Shown here piece after piece: positions 26,059 to 28,904 of a stretch of 28,904 bases of DNA. This DNA is from Crocinitomicaceae bacterium (GTDB lineage Bacteria > Bacteroidota > Bacteroidia > Flavobacteriales_D > Parvicellaceae). Both the position numbers and the translations under genes were made by a program. A model generated the notes under the pieces. The model did not search any database, had not been told where the DNA came from, and saw only the letters and a program-made list of their open reading frames with translations. The stretch covers positions 1 through 28,904 of the forward strand of contig JAYPLD010000004.1 of NCBI GenBank assembly GCA_038129265.1, given 5' to 3'. Each line of letters begins with the position of its first letter. Position 1 is the first letter of the stretch.

Positions 26059-28746
26059 TTACAGGTAAAAGGCCTTAAAAAATTTAAGATAATTGTCCAT
26101 TTTCTTCTCCAGATACAGGGATTTTAAATTCTCGGGTGTAAGTAAACAAAAGCTTTGATTGCTGTAATTTTTAATCTTCCCTTTGTTTACTCGAAAAGCA
26201 TCATAATAATTCATAGCTTCAATCGAATTTGGAAATGACTTAACAATTATCATTTGATCAGAAGTATTTAAGAACTTATTAGATGTTTTGAGATTATATG
26301 ATGAAAATGATGCCGAATTAAAGTCAGCTACTGCAATTTTAGCTTTATTTATGTCAAATGCTTCTTTTGGAGCAAATAATATAAAATAATGAATGGTATC
26401 TGGTGAAAAGGTGAAGTTCCATTTATCTTTTGAACTAGCATTTATCACTTTCAAATTTTTTAAAATTTCGTAAGCTTGGTCTCCTTGACTTGTTCCCATA
26501 CACCTAGCGACAACTTCCTTTAACTGCGCTATTAAACGTGTATTAGAAGAGTCATCAGCGTTAGGTATTTTTGCTAAACTGTAAGCACTCAAAAGACTGT
26601 AGGAGCAGTACAAGGGGTTCAACGTATCTCTCATAGCTGCTTGAGCGGAATCAAAAGCTAATTCATAATTTCCATTTACATACAAACCATATGCCTTAGC
26701 GTAGCGACTGTTTTCCTTTAGATATTGACTTTTATCGTTATTAAGATCATTATTCAATAATTTGGCATACTTGCTATTGGGGTATTTTTTTAATAATAAA
26801 GATTTCATTTCAGTTTTAGAAGCATTGTTTTTTAGCTCTTCGTGGATGAGGTAAAGTTCATAAATTGATGCAATAGCGGATTCATTGGGTTGATGGTTTG
26901 CCACAATCATATTAAAGAAATAAATCGCCTTCATTAAATTTTCAGTCTCATAATGATGTGTTAGCCCTAAACTAAACATAGATTCTAGTGTCTCCTCTTT
27001 TAATTTATTTATTTTATTAGTGTCGTCACAAGGTAATCCGTCTAATAATTCTTCATAAATTCCATTTGACTCTTCAACTCCTGTATCTTCAAATTCATCA
27101 TCACTCAAACTTGTTTTTTTATTGGCTCTCCTCCAATTATCTTCTAATTTTCTAGTTCCCCATTTTGAGATAAAGTTGGATTTTCCTCGCTCAAGCATAT
27201 TTTGATCCCAAAAAAACATTATTTGAGTTATCGGTAGATTACTTGATGGCATTTGAAGGCCATTACTGCTTGCCATCAATTTTTTGGATTCTGCCAATTC
27301 CTTTTCTCTCTCCAGTATGTCAACCACATCAAATAACTTTTTTGACCTTTCTTCGGGGCTTAAAGCACAAATATTAAGAATACTGTCATTATCCGTAATT
27401 GTTTTTGAGTTTTGATAAATAAGCTCAAGTGTCTTATACCTCTTCATTGTTTTTGACTTGGCTACACTATCATTATCCCATACTTGTTGTATCGTGTCAT
27501 AATATTGATAAGCTAACAAATATTCATCTTTCATGTAATTCCAGTCCCCTAATTTTTGTAATGATTTTGCTTTTTGTTTTTTATTCTTAACACTAACTCT
27601 AACTGATGTCATCAAATACTCGATAGCTAAATCTTCTTGGCCATCTGAAAAAGCGATTTCGGCTAAAGCAAAGTAGATTTGATCAAAATATTCAATATTC
27701 TTATCATCCTTTAACATCTTTAATAACTGTGCCTTGATTGCTTTTGAATCACCTCCGCTAAATGATAGTGCCCTGTTAATTTTGGCTTGAAAAGCCATAT
27801 CATAATCTGGGTTTCTTTTTACTACCCATTCATAATATGTGGAAGCCTTAAAATTCCCCTCTTCTGCGTAAAGCTGAGCTAAAATAAAAATGAGTCTGGT
27901 TTTGAATTCCTTTTTATGTTTGCCCATTAAAGCATTCTCTAAAAAGGTAATTGCTTTTTGATCATCTCCTGATTTTAAATAAAGATCTGCGAGAGTGGGA
28001 TAAATTTCATTGATCAGCTTGATTGGTACTTTGAAATCTTGATTTTCTAAGAACTCAATTCTCTCCTCGTAATTGGTCTTAGTTATCCATTTGTCGCGAA
28101 ACGTTCTTTTCTTTTTTGACGTCAAAATATAGGGTTTGAGCCGAGTAGAAATTTCATCTAAAAACGGTTGCTCTTCAATCTCTTTTTGCTGTTCCTCATA
28201 TTTGGTTATTAATTGAAGTAAAATTTCTTCTGCATCTTCAAATGCCTGCATCTCGATATAAGTTTTTGCCTGCCAGTAAAGACTTTGATAATAGCTGTTT
28301 TCAAGTTCATATTTAGACTCCACGTATTGAAAAATCTTTAGTGCTTTCCCATATTCTTGTTTGTAAAATTTGGTCTGAGCTATGGTCATCCAATTATCAT
28401 CAATCCAACTACACCATTCCATATTTCTCGATCTGCCTTTTTTGGAATGAGGCATTCTATGTTTGAAAATCACCAATTCACATTTTGCAGCAGCTGTATC
28501 CATTGGCGAATACCAATTTTTTGACTCGTCTTTATCTGGAAGTGGGTATATGGGGAGGAGTTCTGAATAATCCTCCACTCTTTCGCTATCAAAAGTATTG
28601 TACGTTGATTTTATTATTTCATTAGCATTGAAAAATCCATTGTATTTTGCGTGAAGATTGTGGAATGTTCGGTGAACAACGGTATTTTTTTCTGTAGTAC
28701 ATGAAAAAAACAAAATGGATACTAATAGAAAAAATAATTTTTTCAT
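26059..28746 (-). CDS. sprE: T9SS/gliding periplasmic TPR lipoprotein SprE/PorW
   Basis: ATG 28746 gives MKKLFFLLVSILFFS-C lipobox followed by TTEKNT..HRTFHNLHAKYNGFFNA. Multiple TPRs. LLKMLKDDKNIEY.DQIY.ALA and F.SKWGTRKLEDNWRR are SprE/PorW signatures as recalled. Adjacent bactofilin. Confidence 0.8.
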   Translation of the reverse strand: MKKLFFLLVSILFFSCTTEKNTVVHRTFHNLHAKYNGFFNANEIIKSTYNTFDSERVEDYSELLPIYPLPDKDESKNWYSPMDTAAAKCELVIFKHRMPHSKKGRSRNMEWCSWIDDNWMTIAQTKFYKQEYGKALKIFQYVESKYELENSYYQSLYWQAKTYIEMQAFEDAEEILLQLITKYEEQQKEIEEQPFLDEISTRLKPYILTSKKKRTFRDKWITKTNYEERIEFLENQDFKVPIKLINEIYPTLADLYLKSGDDQKAITFLENALMGKHKKEFKTRLIFILAQLYAEEGNFKASTYYEWVVKRNPDYDMAFQAKINRALSFSGGDSKAIKAQLLKMLKDDKNIEYFDQIYFALAEIAFSDGQEDLAIEYLMTSVRVSVKNKKQKAKSLQKLGDWNYMKDEYLLAYQYYDTIQQVWDNDSVAKSKTMKRYKTLELIYQNSKTITDNDSILNICALSPEERSKKLFDVVDILEREKELAESKKLMASSNGLQMPSSNLPITQIMFFWDQNMLERGKSNFISKWGTRKLEDNWRRANKKTSLSDDEFEDTGVEESNGIYEELLDGLPCDDTNKINKLKEETLESMFSLGLTHHYETENLMKAIYFFNMIVANHQPNESAIASIYELYLIHEELKNNASKTEMKSLLLKKYPNSKYAKLLNNDLNNDKSQYLKENSRYAKAYGLYVNGNYELAFDSAQAAMRDTLNPLYCSYSLLSAYSLAKIPNADDSSNTRLIAQLKEVVARCMGTSQGDQAYEILKNLKVINASSKDKWNFTFSPDTIHYFILFAPKEAFDINKAKIAVADFNSASFSSYNLKTSNKFLNTSDQMIIVKSFPNSIEAMNYYDAFRVNKGKIKNYSNQSFCLLTPENLKSLYLEKKMDNYLKFFKAFYL

Positions 28747-28770
28747 GCTGGAATAATGCAATATTAACCA

Positions 28771-28805
28771 CAAAGATTACAACTTATTGTGTAATCAGTT
28801 GATTA
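28771..28805. promoter_or_regulatory. Near-consensus sprE -7 element overlapped by short inverted repeats
   Basis: Minus AATCTTTG (28771-78, one mismatch). GATTACA(28775-81)-N8-TGTAATC(28790-96) and TAATCA-GT-TGATTA (28792-28805). Confidence 0.33.
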
Positions 28806-28867
28806 AACCCAAATCTATTTAGAGAAATAATTGTTTATTTTTTTGATATTTGTCTTAAAAGCGAATT

Positions 28868-28904
28868 GTGGCTAAAAAAAACAAAGAAGCATCTAAATTT
28901 CGTA
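28868..28904 (+). CDS. Possible 5' fragment of a divergent gene (MAKKNKEASKFR...), truncated by the window edge
   Basis: GTG at 28868, open to the edge, Lys-rich N-terminus, near-consensus GATATTTG element upstream. Only 12 codons visible. Confidence 0.35.
   Translation, partial: MAKKNKEASKFR

Noticed and set aside
1-28904. CRISPR arrays, tRNA/rRNA, IS elements, intrinsic terminators
   Set aside because: No direct-repeat arrays, cloverleafs, transposases or GC-rich hairpin plus U-tract were found by eye; intergenic space is minimal.

Overview
AT-rich, very densely packed chromosomal window from a Bacteroidota genome. It is Flavobacteriales-like, inferred from T9SS cargo proteins, SprE/PorW, DUF3078, Lacal_2735 and TAnnTTTG promoter elements. 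I see no rRNA, tRNA, CRISPR array, transposase, integrase or phage genes. Order: mce(-), secreted T9SS-type protein(-), then an OppA-like lipoprotein, Lacal_2735 and RNase R (+, joined by TAATG overlaps), then an M43 protease with PKD and T9SS CTD(-). Next is a 14-gene, near gap-free minus-strand run (21867 to 7558): MltD-like LysM protein, two SGNH proteins, AlgI/PatA-type MBOAT, WYL regulator, YyaL, YD-like secreted protein, Cys lipoprotein, aminomuconate-semialdehyde dehydrogenase-like ALDH, RidA/NbaF, PGI/PMI, lipB, hypothetical, PolB-type 3'-5' exonuclease. The window ends with DUF3078(+), lysS, USP, bactofilin and sprE/porW(-). Most interesting signal: an MBOAT(FIYFQF tail)-SGNH-SGNH O-acylation module headed by an MltD-like lytic transglycosylase whose catalytic Glu appears replaced by Thr, with a WYL sensor 3 nt downstream of the MBOAT. 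Family calls come from motif recognition and recalled alignments only; no database searches were run.
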